A stretch of DNA of 64,000 bases from Mustelus asterias (lineage: Eukaryota): the NCBI RefSeq assembly GCF_964213995.1, contig NC_135808.1:20522001-20586000 (forward strand). The letters are read 5' to 3'. Both the position numbers and the translations under genes were made by a program. The notes beneath the pieces are model-generated. The model had not been told where the DNA came from, made no database searches, and saw only the letters and a program-made list of their open reading frames with translations. Of the stretch, positions 23,925 through 38,247 are shown in pieces. Position 1 is the stretch's first letter. Each line of letters starts with the position of its first letter.

Positions 23925-24039
23925 TGCCCAATAGGAAATCAGACACCACAAGGGATGATGGTGCCGTGTGAGCCTTTAAGGTTGTCTCTTGGCAGAGTGT
24001 CCATCATATTTGATGTTATATGAAATTGTGTGGGGCGTT

Positions 24040-24590
24040 GGTGAGGCCACACCTGGAATATAGTTTGCAGTTTTGATGTCCTTACGTGATGTCCTTGCTA
24101 GAGATGAAGTACAGCGAAAGTTTACCAGGTTGATTCCTGGGATGGCAGATCTGTCATGTGAGGAGAGACTAAGTCGGTAGGGATTATATTCACTGGAGTG
24201 AGAGGGGATCTCATAGAAGCTCATAAAATTCTCACAGGATTACACAGGGTAGATTCAGAAAGAATGTTTGCAATGGTGGGGGAGTCCAGAACTAGGGGTT
24301 ATAGATTGAGGATAAGGGGTAAAACTTTTAGGAGTGAGTTGAAGAGAAATGTCTTCACCCAGAGAGTGGCGAATGTGTGTAATTCACTACCACAGAAAGT
24401 AGTTGAAGCCAAAACATTGTGTGATTACATGAAGGAATTAGATATAGCTTTGGGGCTAAAGGGATCAAGGGACATGGGGGTAAAGGAGGGTTAGGATATT
24501 AAATTTGATGATCAGCCCTGATCAAAATGAATTACGGAGCAGGCTCGAAGGGCCAAATGACCTACTGCTGCTTCTAGTTCCTATATTTCA
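24040..24590 (+). mobile_element. CR1 LINE 3' fragment
   Basis: RGDLIEAHKIL, FTQRVANV; CR1-type 3' UTR. Confidence 0.85.
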
Positions 24591-26288
24591 ATGGTTACGT
24601 GGATGAAGGGCATCACCCTGTCTTCGGAATAAGTTGAGAATAAGAAACCAGTCAAATATGGCCATTGTTCCTCCGTGGCAGGGAAGTGGGAGAATAATAT
24701 ATTAAAGGATCTGTATCATTACTAAATAGTGGGGATATAATAAAGCAGAACTGTGCAACATGGGTAGATCACAGCTTTGAGACAATGGACGACCTGTGCC
24801 CACCTTTGTTCATTACCGCAGATAATGAAGTATGTCACATGGTGACTATAATCATATGGGATATTATGGATGTCTTTAAACAGGATAGTTTGGTTAGTAT
24901 AGGCAGGACAGAAATAGTGATGCAAATTGGGATGATTAGGGAGTCCGATGAAGTTGTGGGTATTGATATATTTTGAGATATCATGAACAGAATGAAAACC
25001 TGAGGTGAAGATCTACAACTGAAGGAGGAAGAAACATCGATGATGGACGTTTTGTGAAAGGGGAAGACCTGGACTAGTTTAAAGAGAGGTACAAAGCCTA
25101 AGGAGAGCGGGGTGTGCATTGAAATATGGTAGCTTGAAAGGGTTAATTCAAATAGCAAGAACACTGTGAGTTGGGCCTCTATGTACTGTGCTGAAGAATT
25201 CTCTGCACCCCCCCTTTCAAGACACAAGGTGATTCTGCTTAGATATCCAGCAAGGAACTTTTCCATGTTTACCTGAGATGTGCGGGTTAGGTTGATTGGC
25301 TGTGCTAAATTGCCCCTTCGTGTCAGGGGGTTAGTCGGGTAAATAAGTAGGGTTATGTGGGTAGGGCCTGGGTGGGATTGTGGTCGTTGCAGACTTGATG
25401 GGCTGAATGGCACCCTCTGTACAGTAGGGATTCGATGATTCTATCAATGTGTTTGTGTGTGGTTTTAGCTGGCTAACCAGAGCAGCAACCTTACGCACAC
25501 TTGAAGCCAACTAAATCTTGCTCTTGTCTATTTGGACTTAGAAAAGTGGGATTGGTGGGAAGGAGGGGCATAGGGTTGTTGCGAGTTTTGATGTCAGCCT
25601 TTTCATTGATTGCAACTTTACTCTCTGGGTAACCAGACCAAGTCATGGAGTTCTCTTATACAGCTGTTTTAATCAAGCTATAAAGTGTGGTGTCTGGATA
25701 GTCACAGGTCAGTGTCGGTAACCAGCCAAAGTCCAGAATTCTGGAATACACAAGCAGCCATATTTTCAAATGTGGTTACAATTAAATAGCATACACCAAT
25801 CAAGGTACAGGAGTTATCTCTGTCCGCACACAGTTATTGATTAAGGTTACATCATTCATATGGTACAAATTTTGAAAGCAATCACAATCATCTCACACTT
25901 GCTAAATCTAATATCCAATCAGAGTGAGGACTTAATCATCATAGATCATAGAATCATAGAATCCCTACAGTGCAGAAGGAGGCCATTCGGCCCATCGAGT
26001 CTGCACCGACCACAATCCCACCCAGGCCCTACCCCCACATGTGAGCCAACCTAATTCACCACTGTTACGAGTTATCACTGATGTCCCATTTTGTGTCGAT
26101 CTCTGTGGATATCGGTCCTTTCCTCCAGCCCCAGGTATCTGATTTAATAAATTCCCTCAGACTAAAGACCTTGGCGCTTGTCTGTGAATACTTTATAAAT
26201 ATCTTTTATTTCTCACTGCAGCTTATGTGATTTAAAAACTGGTGTGATTATTAACCCTTTGGGGAGGGGAGGATGAGAGTGAATGTCC

Positions 26289-26404
26289 TGCTGCTTCTTG
26301 GTGGAATGCTGCTTCTTGGTGAAATGGAATGCTGCTTCTTGGTGAAATGGAATGCTGCTTCTTGGTGAAATGGAATGCTGCTTCTTGGTGAAATGGAATG
26401 CTGC
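26289..26404. repeat. Minisatellite, 23-bp unit tgctgcttcttggtgaaatggaa
   Basis: Four perfect head-to-tail copies plus partial flanking copies, with no spacers. Confidence 0.9.
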
Positions 26405-27814
26405 GATCGTGGACTTCTCTGCTTGTAGTTTCATGATGGACTTCACAACATGAGACATTTCCTTACCGAAAATCAGTTCCCAAAACAAAATTGCTCCACC
26501 ACTCCCTGCCCATAATCCTCCCACCACACCCCAAACCTTACCCACCCCATCCAATCTGCAGTTTAGTCACGCCCAAGCTTTGGACCATGTAACATGGTAT
26601 CAATTATTTTTATCTCTGGATTCTTATTTCACTTTAGTAAAAATTCAACTTGAACAAAGAAGAAAGAACAGGGACAAGCCCTTCGGCCCATCAAGCCTGT
26701 TCTGATCTATATCAACCAACTGCCTGTATCCCTCTATACCCTAAATGTTCATGTGCCTATCCAGATAAATCTTGTCTCTTCGCCTTGTGGCACAACGGAT
26801 AATGTATTTGACTTCTAGTCATTGTCTGGTGAGACCTTCTAAAGTTTGTGGACTTGAGTCCAACCACAGACGACTTTTATTTGGGGGTGGCATAGTGGCA
26901 GACTGGTTAGCACTGCTGCCTCACAGCGCCAGGGACCGGGTTCAATTCCTGGCTTGGATCACTGTCTGTATGGAGTTTGCACATTCTCCCTGTGTCTGCG
27001 TGAGTTTCCTCCGGGTACTCCGGTTTCCTCCCACAGTCCAAAGATGTGCAGGTTAGGGGGATTGGCCACGCTAAATTGCCCCTTAATGTCATGGGGACTA
27101 GCTAGGATAAATGCATGGGGTTATGGGGATAGAGACTGGATGGGATTGTGGTCATGCAGACTCAATGTACCGAATGGCCTCCTTCTGCACTGTTGGATTC
27201 TATGATGCTGTGAAATGTCGCTAACGTATCTGCCTCAACCACCTCACTTGGCAGTGCATTCCAGGCCCCCACCACCCTCTGTGTAAAAAAACTTCCCTTG
27301 CACATCTCTACTGAACCTTTCCCCTCTTACCTTGAACTTGTGCCCCCTTGTAATTGTTATTTCTGTCCTGGGAAAAAGCCCCCAACTGTTCACCTTATCT
27401 ATGCCCCTCATAATTTTATAAACTTCTATCAGGTCACCCCCTCTGCCTCCGTCTTTCCAGGGAGAACAATCCCAGTTTATTTTATTCAATCTCTCCTCAT
27501 AGCTAATACCCTCCATACCAGACAACATCCTGAAAAACCTTCTCTGTACTTTCTCCAGAGCCACCACGTCCTACTGGTCGTGTGGCGACCAGAATTGGAC
27601 ACAGCATTCCAAATGTGGCCAAACCAACGTTAAATATTGCTTGCCCCTTGTCACTTTACCAAAGTGTATAACCATAAGGGGATGGTGTGCGCGGTGATCT
27701 CTTGATCTGCAGCATGACGGATGAAGACTTGTATATTGTTGTATTCCCGAATACCTCTAGCTGACGTGAAAGAGAAGATCAACACTGAGGGATATCAGGC
27801 GACGTACTGAGAGC

Positions 27815-28169
27815 ATAGAAATCATAGAAATCATAGAAACCCTACAATGTAGAAAGAGGCCATTCGGCCCATCGAGTCTACACCGACCACAATCCCACCC
27901 AGGCCCTACCCCCATATCCCTACATATTTACTCGCTAATCCCTCTAACCTACCCATCTCAAGACACTAAGGGACAATTTTAGCATGGCCAATCAACCTAA
28001 CCCGCACATCTTTAGACTGTGGGAGGAAACCGGAGCACCCGGAGGAAACCCACGCAGACACAAGGAGAATGTGCAAACTCCACACAGACAGTGACCCAAG
28101 CCGGGAATCGAACCCAGGTCCCTGGAGCTGTGAAGCAGCAGTGCTAACCACTGTGCTACCGTGCCGCCC
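27815..28169 (-). mobile_element. Young HE1-type SINE
   Basis: Near-identical to 2684-3032, with an (atagaaatc)n tail. Confidence 0.9.
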
Positions 28170-28990
28170 GTTTGATTGATGTTATTCGCACGCGAAACCT
28201 GCAAGGGTTTAATAAGAGCAGGTCCATATCCTCCGACTGCACTTACCATTGGAGCAATATTCAAACATGAGTGCACACTTCCACCAACCAGTTCGCAGTA
28301 TGTTGCTGAGCAAATTAAAACTCCCTCTATTCTAATGAGATGTCAGAGTACATTATACGCAGAGCCCCTGAAAAAGCAGCCGTGGTAAGGAATGTGCAGA
28401 TCTGTGGCCCAGGATTGCTTCCAATGCTGGGAGCATTGCATAACGATTGTAAAAGCTTCCTGCAAAGATATCTGTGCAATTGGATAAATATTTTTACTCC
28501 AAAAAAAAACTAGTTGCTCAACCACATTTGCCATGTTATTGGGACGTGGAGGTGGGCGAGATTTTGCGACAGCTCGGTGCCAGATGTGTGGCTTTCACCG
28601 CAATTTGCCGCGCAATGGACGGAATTCAACAAGCAGAGCCGCTTACTCATTGTGTGCGAGGCTCACCCATATAATCACACGCCATCCACAAACCCCATTG
28701 CCCTGTGAGTCTTTCTTCGTTATATAGATGCTGCCTTTGTATTCTGCAGCGAGAAAGGAAAATTGTGCATACCAACATAGTTTGGATTGTTGTCTTGAGA
28801 ATACCCTCAATTATCTGACCTATAGTATCAATAATAATATGCGTTCATGTTCCCGGATCCAACTTTATCACCTTGTTTTAAAGATGTAATTAAATTAGTA
28901 TCCTCCCATTATTCACATTGCGGGCACAGAGTTCCTCCATTGCCTGTGTTACGATGCAGAGGTTAATTTCCTTTACCTCGCTTCATAATC

Positions 28991-29767
28991 TGTTACGTTT
29001 GTTTAAGAAGGTGTTAACTGTTCCTCATTAATGCTTAGAAGTTCATTAACAGAAAGACCTGACACTCACTTTAAGTAAATAATTAACAAATCATTTTTTT
29101 AGCCAACTGGGAACTTTAATTAAACAAGTAACATATCAATTAAAGTAAGGTCTGACTGGAACGCTGTTCAAATAAATACAAGGGTCATTCCCACAAAATA
29201 TGAGCACTAACTTAGTCACTCTCGAAGAAACATATAAACCGGTTTCGTAGCTTTGGAAAAACCTTTGGAATTCTTTTGTCGATGTCGCTGTTGGTAAACT
29301 CTCTCTGATTTGGTAACCTTCTGGTAAATAGATGGAGATTTCTCTTTAGATGTCTCTTTAGCTGGCAGAGAGCCGCTGTTACCCTCTCCAGGTTTTGAGA
29401 GGTGGCAGCTTTACAGTTCAACTTCACGGAACTAACCAACTGAACTCAACTACTGAACAGAACTGAAGTCACTGAACGGAAGGCGAGCAGTTGAGTTCCT
29501 ATTTTTATATTCTTGATGACCTATGCATTTTCCTATACCATGATTGGCCTGATGGCATCAACAATAGCAAATTCAAATTTGATAGAGTCCTGATCGCTGA
29601 GTGTCTTCTTTAAAATGATAGGCTATCAAAATGCAACAGCCTGCAAAGCCTGTTACCATGGCAACCCTGATGCTTGGTCCCAGTTACAATTGTTGCAATC
29701 TGTGTACCCTGTGTACTTTAAACATTCAAGCTTTGAACACAAAACCAGCTTTTAAAGGGACCACACA
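28991..29767 (-). mobile_element. Possible solo LTR
   Basis: TGT…ACA termini. The minus strand has a TATA-like aatataaaa (~29505) and an attaaa (~29117) in LTR-like order. No clean target-site duplication was seen. Confidence 0.35.
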
Positions 29768-32700
29768 ATGTTTTTGTCCCCCCTCTAGCATTTTTTACAA
29801 TTCTTGTACATCTTTACAAACCCAACTTCACAACACCTGTCTCAATTGTTTTAAGCGTCATGGGAAGAATTTGGTCAGAGTTGGAAATTAGATCTATTTT
29901 AATTCTGGTAAGTGTTATTTTTGCTGCTCCCATCGCTGTTAACGTTAACAATTTCACTGTCGTTAACGTTAACAATTTCACACAACTTATTTGCTGTTAG
30001 TTCAGCACTGCTGTTAAGTGAGAATGGTGATACGAAGTGTGCCTCCTCCAAACTCTAGAAACCATTCCCATCCATCAGAAACATTTCTTTCTAATGATTT
30101 AGCAGCGGCTTTGATGATCTTTTAACTATAAAAATAGAATTAAAACATTTCCTGTGCCACTACCACACTCGTTAACTATACTATTTTATTCATTTTGTTT
30201 CTGTTGGTCTGATAGCACCTTTAGTTGTTTTTTATAATTATGCACAGCGTGAGATCTGATTTTGTTTCTTTGAAAATAACATGTTCATGATTTCTGTACA
30301 GAGATTGAACTGCGTACAGTTCTGGTCACCCTATTGTAGAAAGGACATTATTAAACTAGAAAGAGTGCAGAAACAATTTACCAGGATGCTACCAGGACTT
30401 GATGGTTTGAGTTATAAGGAGAGGCTGGATAGACTGAGACTTTTTTCCCTGGAGCGTAGGATGCTTAAGGGGTGATCTTATAGAGGTCTATAAAATAATG
30501 AGTGACATAGATCAGCTAGATAGTCAACATCTTTTCCCAAAGGTAGGGGAGTCCAAAACTAGAGGGCAGAAGGTTTAAGGTGAGAGGGAGCGATACAAAA
30601 AGGTCCAGAGGGGCAATTCTTTCACTCAGAAGGTGGTGAGTGTATGGAACAAGCTGCCAGTAGAGATGGATATAATTTCATCTTTCAAAAAGCGTTTAGA
30701 CACTTACATGGGTAAGATGGGTACAGAGGGATATGGGCCAAATGCGGGCAATTGGGACTAGCTTAGTCATAAAAACTGGGCTGCACGGACAAGTTGGGCC
30801 AAAAACCTGCTTCCATTGCTGTAAACCTCTATGACTCTAACTTAATATCAAGGCAAATTACTGCGGATGCTGGAATCTGAAGCAAAAACAGAAAATGCTG
30901 GAGAAACTCAGCAGGTCTGACAGTATCTGTGGAGAGAGAATAGAGCCATCGTTTTGGGTCAGGATCACTCAAGTCTCTCCACAGATATTGTCAGACCAAC
31001 TGAGTTTCTCCAGTGTTTTCTGTTTTAGTTCAATTTAAAGTTTGCCTCCAAAAATTTGTGTTGTAGATTTGAGACAGCACAATTTTCCTACGTGATGTGA
31101 TGGGTTGGTCAGATGGGCAGAGCAGTGGCAGATGGTATTTAGCCATGATACATGCATGGTGATGCACTTTGAATGAATTTACAAGACAGGGGTGTAGTTA
31201 ATGAATTGCAGGAAACTAGGAAGCTCAGAGGAACAGATAGATCTTGAGGTACTTGTTCACAGATCCCTGAAGACAGCAGAGCAGGTCGAGAATGCATTTG
31301 GGACACTTGTATTCATCAGTCGTGGTATGGAGTATAAGAGCAAGCAGGTTATGTTGGAGCTGTACAGAATGTTGGTTCGGCCACAGCTGGAGTACTGTAT
31401 GCCTATCTGGACTGCAGGAAGGATGCGATTGCACTAGAGGGGACACAAAGGAGATTCACCAGGATGCTTCCTGGGATTGAGCAATTGAGCTATAAGGAGA
31501 GACACGATGGGTTTGGATTGTTTTCTTAAGATCAGAGGAGGCTGAGGTGGGACATGATTGAGCTGTGTAAGATTATGAGGGGCATGAACAGGGTGAGTAG
31601 GGAACAGCTGTTCCCTTTGGTTGAAGGATCAACCACGAGGGGACATAGTTTTAGGATGAGAGGCAGTAGATTCAGAGGGGATTTGAGAAAAAAATGACTG
31701 AGGGTGGTGGGAATCTGGAATGCACTGCATGGGAAGGTAGTGGAGACCGGAAACCTTACAGCCATTAAAAAGCATTTGGATCAACACTTGAAATATCAGA
31801 ACATTCAAGGATATGGGACAAATGCAGAAAAATGGGATTAGGTGACTTTAGTGGCAGTTATTGTTGGTGCCGAATCAATGGGTCGAAGGGCTTTTTCTGC
31901 GCTGTATGACTCCATATTTCTTGGCTGCATGGTAGCATTACTTTATTGAGTGACTTTCTTGCAGAGAAGAAACATTTGCACATTTTCCCTGCTGCGGTTA
32001 TGTTTTAATGTCAGGTTTTGTTACAAATACATTGCTCGTTTCCCACCCATTTATGGGACAGCTGAACTAATGACCTATTTTGACATGGGTGCACATTAAT
32101 CAGCTCCAGGAAAAGGGGAATGTTTGCATTGGTTAGAACTCACATGGGAACCCTGCCACCTTCTAAACCAGGACCACTACCAACTAAGGGCAGCACAGTG
32201 GCACAGTGGTTAGAACTTCTGCGTCACAGCACCAGGGACCCGGGTTTGATATCCAGTTTGGCCACTGTCAGTGTGGAGTTTGCAAACAAAAAATCCTAGA
32301 ACAAGAGTAGCAGATACATGGAAACGCCATCACCTGGAGGTTCCCCTCCAAGCCACTCACCATCCTGACTTGGAAATATATCGCCGTTCCTTCACTGTCG
32401 CTGGTTCTAACAGCACTAATGGCACTGTGGGGGTACCTACACCATATGGACTGCAGAGGTTAAAGAAAGCAGTTCATTGCTATCTTGCTATCTTGTCAAT
32501 CTTGTCATTGGAGTTTATAAGGTTGAGGGGAGATCTTATAGAGACATATAAGATAATGAAGGGGCTAGACAGGGTAGAAGCAGCGAGGTTATTTCGACTT
32601 ACAATGGAAACAAGAACTAGGGGGCATAGCCTCAAAATACGGGGGAGTCAATTTGGAATAGAGTTGAGGAGGAACTTCTTCTCCCAGAGGGTAGTGAATC

Positions 32701-34209
32701 TTTGGAATTCTCTGCCCAATGAAGCAGTACAGGCTCCCTCATTAAATGTGTTTAAGTCACAGATGGATAGATTTTTAACCATTAAGGGAATTAAGGGTTA
32801 TGGGGAGCAGGAGGGTAAGTTGAACTGAACCCACTATCAGATCAGCCATGATCTTATTGAATGGCGGAGCAGGCTTGAGGGGCCAGATGCCCTACTCCTG
32901 CTCCTCGTTCTTATGTTCTATGTTCTTATAGTGGCACAATCGGTAACACTGCTGCCTCACAGCATCATGGCCTCCTCCTGCTCCTGTTTCTTATGTACTT
33001 ATGTAAATGCTGGTCTGGCCAGAGATTTCCACATCCCATAAATGAATAGTTGATCTATGTATTGTTCTGATAGTTTTGACAGGTATGTCTCTCTTTCATA
33101 CCCTTGTAAAGCTCATGAAATCGCTCCACCATTTATTTTGCACCTTATTTTGGCCGTACTGGTCTAAAAGCCAGAAATTCCCGCATGACTGTCAATGGGC
33201 CTTCACATTGTCTGCAACCTGTCGCTACAATTTCCGTGGCGGGCAGGGTAGGAGAATTCCGGCCATGTCAGCATACAATCGCGTTTGCTATTTTGCCACC
33301 TCATTAGTAATCTATTATGATGGATAATGAAACTCAAACGCTCCTGTGGAAGGAATGAGCTGGATTTCAGGTGAAAATGCTTAATGAAGGAGCAATTCGA
33401 AAGAGGGGACATTTTATGTCCTGAATGTATGACTAAAGATGTTTAGGTTCTAGCTCACCAATATAAACTCATTAACAAAGGAGTGTACAAATATACACAA
33501 ATTGGCGACTTAGGAGTTGTTGACAAGCATACTATTCCAAGGTTATCTCCATCGACCATTGTTACATGTGATAGTTGAAGCAAATGGATGGCCTATTGGT
33601 ACCATTTCTAACTCAGATGAAAGGGTCAGGATTCAAATCCAGTGCGGGGGTCCAAGTTCTGGATCAACAGAATATGTGTTCATGATGATCTATTTTCAAA
33701 ATGAACTGAAATTGTATTGTTTCATTTGCATTTTCAAACATTGGCTTTGTTGCCATGCACTTTTTTTAAACATGCGGTAACAGTTGCTAACAAACCTAAT
33801 GTGTTGGGTGTTGGTTTGAAAGGTTGGTATTTCTGGAGCAGCTGAATAGATCTAAATTTCCATCCACCGCCTACATAAATATCCAGCGAACTTTGTAACG
33901 TGTGGCAGGGAACTCCATCTGAAGCTGAGCACTTGGAAGATCACTGACAATGCGAGATTTCCTTCGGCAACGAATACGACATTGGGAAAACACTGTCTTC
34001 AAGAATTTTGATGTTTTTTAATAACATATTGGAATGCGGGTAAAACATGTAAATAATCAGATAACAATTAGGTCACTCACAATTGTATTTCATAGATAAA
34101 TGCATTGTGCGATACTTTGTCCTAGAAAATAGAACATTACAGCGCAGTACAGGCCCTTCGGCCCTCGATGTTGCGCCGACCAGTGGTACCAATCTAAAGC
34201 CCCTCTAAT

Positions 34210-37055
34210 CTACACTATTCCAAAATCATCCATATGTTTATCCAATAACCACTTGAACGCTCTCAACGTTGACGAGTCCACCACTGCTGCAGGCAGGGCA
34301 TTCCACGCCCTTACTCCTCTCTGAGTAAAGAACCTACCTCTAACATCTGTCCTATATCTCTCACCCCTCAATTTAAAGCTATGTCCCCTCGTGCTAGCCA
34401 ACACCATCCGAGGAAAAAGGCTCTCACTATCCACCCTATCTAATCCTCTGATCATCTTGTATGCCTCTTTTAAGTCACCTCTTAACCTTCTTCTCTCTAA
34501 CGAAAACAACCTCAAGCCGCTCAGCCTTTCCTCATACGATTTTCCCACCATACCAGGCAACATCCTGGTAAATCTCCTCTGCACCCTTTCCAACACTTCC
34601 ACATCTTTCCTATAATACGGCGACCAGAACTGTACGCAATACTCCAAATGCGGCCGCACCAGAGTTTTGTACAGTTGCAGCATGACCTCCTGGCTCCGAA
34701 ACTCAATCCCTCTACCAATAAAAGCTAACACACCTTTCGCCTTCTTAACAACCCTATCAACCTGGGTGCCAACTTTCAGGGATCTATGCACATGGACACC
34801 CAGATCCCTCTGTTCATCCACACTACCAAGTATCTTATCATTAGCCCAGTACTCTGTATTCCTGTTACTCCTTCCAAAGTGAATCACCTCACACTTTTCC
34901 GCATTAAACTCCATTTGCCACCTCTCAGCCCAGCTCTGCAGCTTATCTATGTCCCTCTGTAACCTGCCACTTCCCTCCGCACTGTTTACAACTCCACCGA
35001 CTTTAGTGTTATCCGCAAATTTATTAATCCATCCTTCCACACCCTCATCAAGTCATTAATAAAAATGACAAACAGCAGTGGCCCCAAAACAGATCCTTGC
35101 AGTACACCACTAGTAACTGAACTCCAGGATGAATATTTCCCATCAACCACCACCCTTTGTTTTCTCACAGCTAGCCAATTCCTTATCCAAACCACTAAAT
35201 CACCCTCAATCCCATGTGTCCGTATTTTCTGCAAAAGCTTACCATGGGGAACCTTATCAAACGCTTTGCTGAAATCCATATACACCACATCAACTGCTTT
35301 ACCCTCATCCACCTCTTTGGTCACCTTCTCAAAGAACTCAATAAGGTTTGTGAGGCACGACCTACCCTTCACAAAACCGTGCTGACTATCCCTAATCAAA
35401 TTATTCCTTTCTATGTGATTATAAATCCTATCTCTTATAATCCTTTCCAATAATTTGTCCACAACAGAAGTAAGGCTCACCGGTCTATAATTACCAGGGT
35501 TGTCCCTACTCCCCTTCTTGAACAAGGGGACAACATTTGCTATCCTCCAGTCTTCTGGCACTGTTCCTGTAGACAATGACGACACAAAGATCAAAGCCAA
35601 AGGCTCTGCAATCTCCTCTCTAGCCTCCCAGAGAATCCTAGGATAAATCCCATCCGGACCAGGGGACTTATCTATTTTTACCCTTTCCAGAATTGCTAAC
35701 ACCTCCTTCTTATGAACATCAATTCCATCCAGTCCAACAGCCTGCATCTCAGTACTCCCCTCGACAACACTGTCCCTCTCTATTGTGAATACCGACGAAA
35801 AATATTCATTCAGTGCCTCTCCTATCTCTTCAGACTCCACGCACAACTTCCCACTCCTGTCCTTGACTGACCCTAATCTTACCCTAGTCATTCTTTTACT
35901 CCTGACATACCTATAGAAAGCTTTAGGGTTTTTCTTGATCCTACCCGCCAAAGACTTCTCATGTCCCCTCCTGGCTCTTCTTAACTCTTTCTTTAGATCC
36001 TTCCTGGCTAACTTGTAACTCTCAAGCGCCCTAACTGAGCCTTCACGTCTCATCTTAACATAAGTCTCCTTCTTCCTCTTCACAAGAGATTCAACCTCCT
36101 TAGTAGACCACGGTTCCCTCACACGTCTGCTTCCTCCCTTCCTGACAGGTACATATTTATCAAGGACGCGTAGTAGCTGTTCCTTGAACAAGTTCCACAT
36201 TACAATTGTGCCCATCCCCTGCAGTTTCCTTCCCCAACCTATGCCAGCGAAATCTCGCCTAATCGCATCATAATTTCCTTTCCCCCAGCTATAACTCTTG
36301 CCCTTTGGTATATACCTATCCTTTTCCATTGCTAAAGTAAACGTAATCGAATTGTGGTCACTGTCACCAAAGTGCTCACCTACCTCCAAATCTAACACCT
36401 GGTCTGGTTCATTACCCAGTACCAAATCCAATGTGGCCTCGCCTCTTGTTGGTCTATCTACATACTGCGTCAGGAAGCCTTCCTGCACACACTGGACAAA
36501 AACCGACCCCTCTAAAGTACTCGAACTATAGCTTTTCCAGTCAATATTTGTAAAGTTAAAGTCCCCCAGTACAACTACCCTGTTACTTTCGCTCCTATCC
36601 AGAATCATCTTTGCAATCTTTTCCTCTACATCTCTGGAACTTTTCGGAGGTCTATAAAAAACTCCCAACAGGGTGACCTCTCCTTTCCTGTTTCTAACCT
36701 CAGCCCAAACTACCTCAGTCGACGAGTCCTCATCAAACGTCCTTTCTGCCACCGTAATACTGTCCTTTACTAACAATGCCACACCTCCCCCTCTTTTACC
36801 ACCTTCCCTGCACTTACTGAAACATCTAAACCCCGGAACCTGCAACAACCATTCCTGTCCCTGCTCTATCCATGTCTCCGAGATGGCCACAACATCGAAA
36901 TCCGAGGTACCAACCCATGCTGCAAGCTCACCCACCTTATTCCGGATGCTCCTGGCGTTGAAGTATACACACTTCAAACCGCCTTCCTGCCGGCCAGTAC
37001 ACTCCTGCGACTCTGAAACCTCATCCATGACCTCACTACTCGTAACCTCCTGCAC
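34210..37055 (-). pseudogene. CR1 ORF2 (endonuclease and reverse transcriptase) with a 1-bp frameshift near 35050 and FADD changed to FADN
   Basis: NARSI, ISETW, GDFN, SDH (APE motifs); QGSVLGP; FINDL/(D)EG frameshift; KFADNTK. Confidence 0.9.
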
Positions 37056-37093
37056 ACCGGAGCTACAATTCAGGTACCCACCCCCCTGCTGAA

Positions 37094-38247
37094 TTAGTTT
37101 AAACCCTCCCGAAGAGCATTAGCAAATTTCCCCCCCAAGATATTGGTACCCCTCTGGTTCAAGTGCAGACCATCCTGTTTGTAGAGGTCCCACCTACCCC
37201 AGAAAGAGCCCCAATTGTCCAGGTATCTGAATCCCTCCCTCCTGCACCATCTCTGTAACCACGTGTTCAACTGCTCTCTCTCCCTATTCCTCTCCTCACT
37301 ATCACGTGGCACGGGTAACAAACCAGAGATAACAACTTTGTTTGTTCTAGCCCTAAGCTTCCACCCTAACTCTCTGAATTTCTGCCTTACATCCCCATCC
37401 CTTTTCCTACCTATGTCTTGAGTGCCTATGTGAACCACAACTTGGGGCTGGTCTCCCTCCCCCTTAAGGATATCGAAAACACGATCCGAGACATCGTGGA
37501 CTCTGGCTCCTGGGAGGCAACACACCAACCGCGAGTCTCTCTCGTTCCCGTAGAATCTCCTGTCCGTCCCTTTAACTATGGAGTCCCCAATGACTAATCC
37601 TCTACTCCTTTCCCCCCTTCCCTTCTGAGCCACAAGGACAGACTCTGAGCCAGCGACCTGTACACCATGGCTTACCCCTGCTAAGACCCCCCCCAGCAGC
37701 ATCCAAAAGTGTAGTATCCCCAATTTCTACGACATTTTTTGTTTCTCCCCTCCACTTGGATGGCTCCCTGTACCTTGGTGCTGTGGTCAGTTTGCTCATC
37801 CTCCCTTTCCCTCCCCTTCTGAGCTGCCGGGCCGGACTCTGCGCCGGAAGCACGGCCACTGTTGCTTCCCCCAGATAGGCTGCTCCCCCCAACAGTACTT
37901 AAACAGGAGTACTTAATTTTAAGGGGCACAGCCACTGGGGTACTCTCTAGTACCTGACCTTTCCCCTTCCCCTTCCTAACCGTGACCCACTTGTCTGTCT
38001 CTCGTGGCCCCGGTGTGACCACCTGCCTGTAACTCCTATCTATCACCTCCTCATTCTCCCTAACCAGACGAAGGTCATTGAGCAGCAGTTCCAGTTCCCC
38101 AACGCGGTCCCTTAAGAGCTGCAGCTCGACGCACCGGGCGCAGATATGGACGTCCAGGAGGCTAGTGACTCCAGGACCTCCCACATCAGACACTGAGAAC
38201 AACAAACTGGCCTCACAATCATAATTCTCCCTTTCTTCCAATGACAC
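37094..38247 (-). pseudogene. CR1 ORF1 (gag-like with SGNH esterase), frameshifted
   Basis: GDS, LPGA, HIGT and DGLHL esterase blocks. The Cys-rich N-terminus is split across frames. Confidence 0.8.

Noticed and set aside
26289-26404. CRISPR-like array
   Set aside because: Head-to-tail 23-bp minisatellite without unique spacers, in a vertebrate genome.
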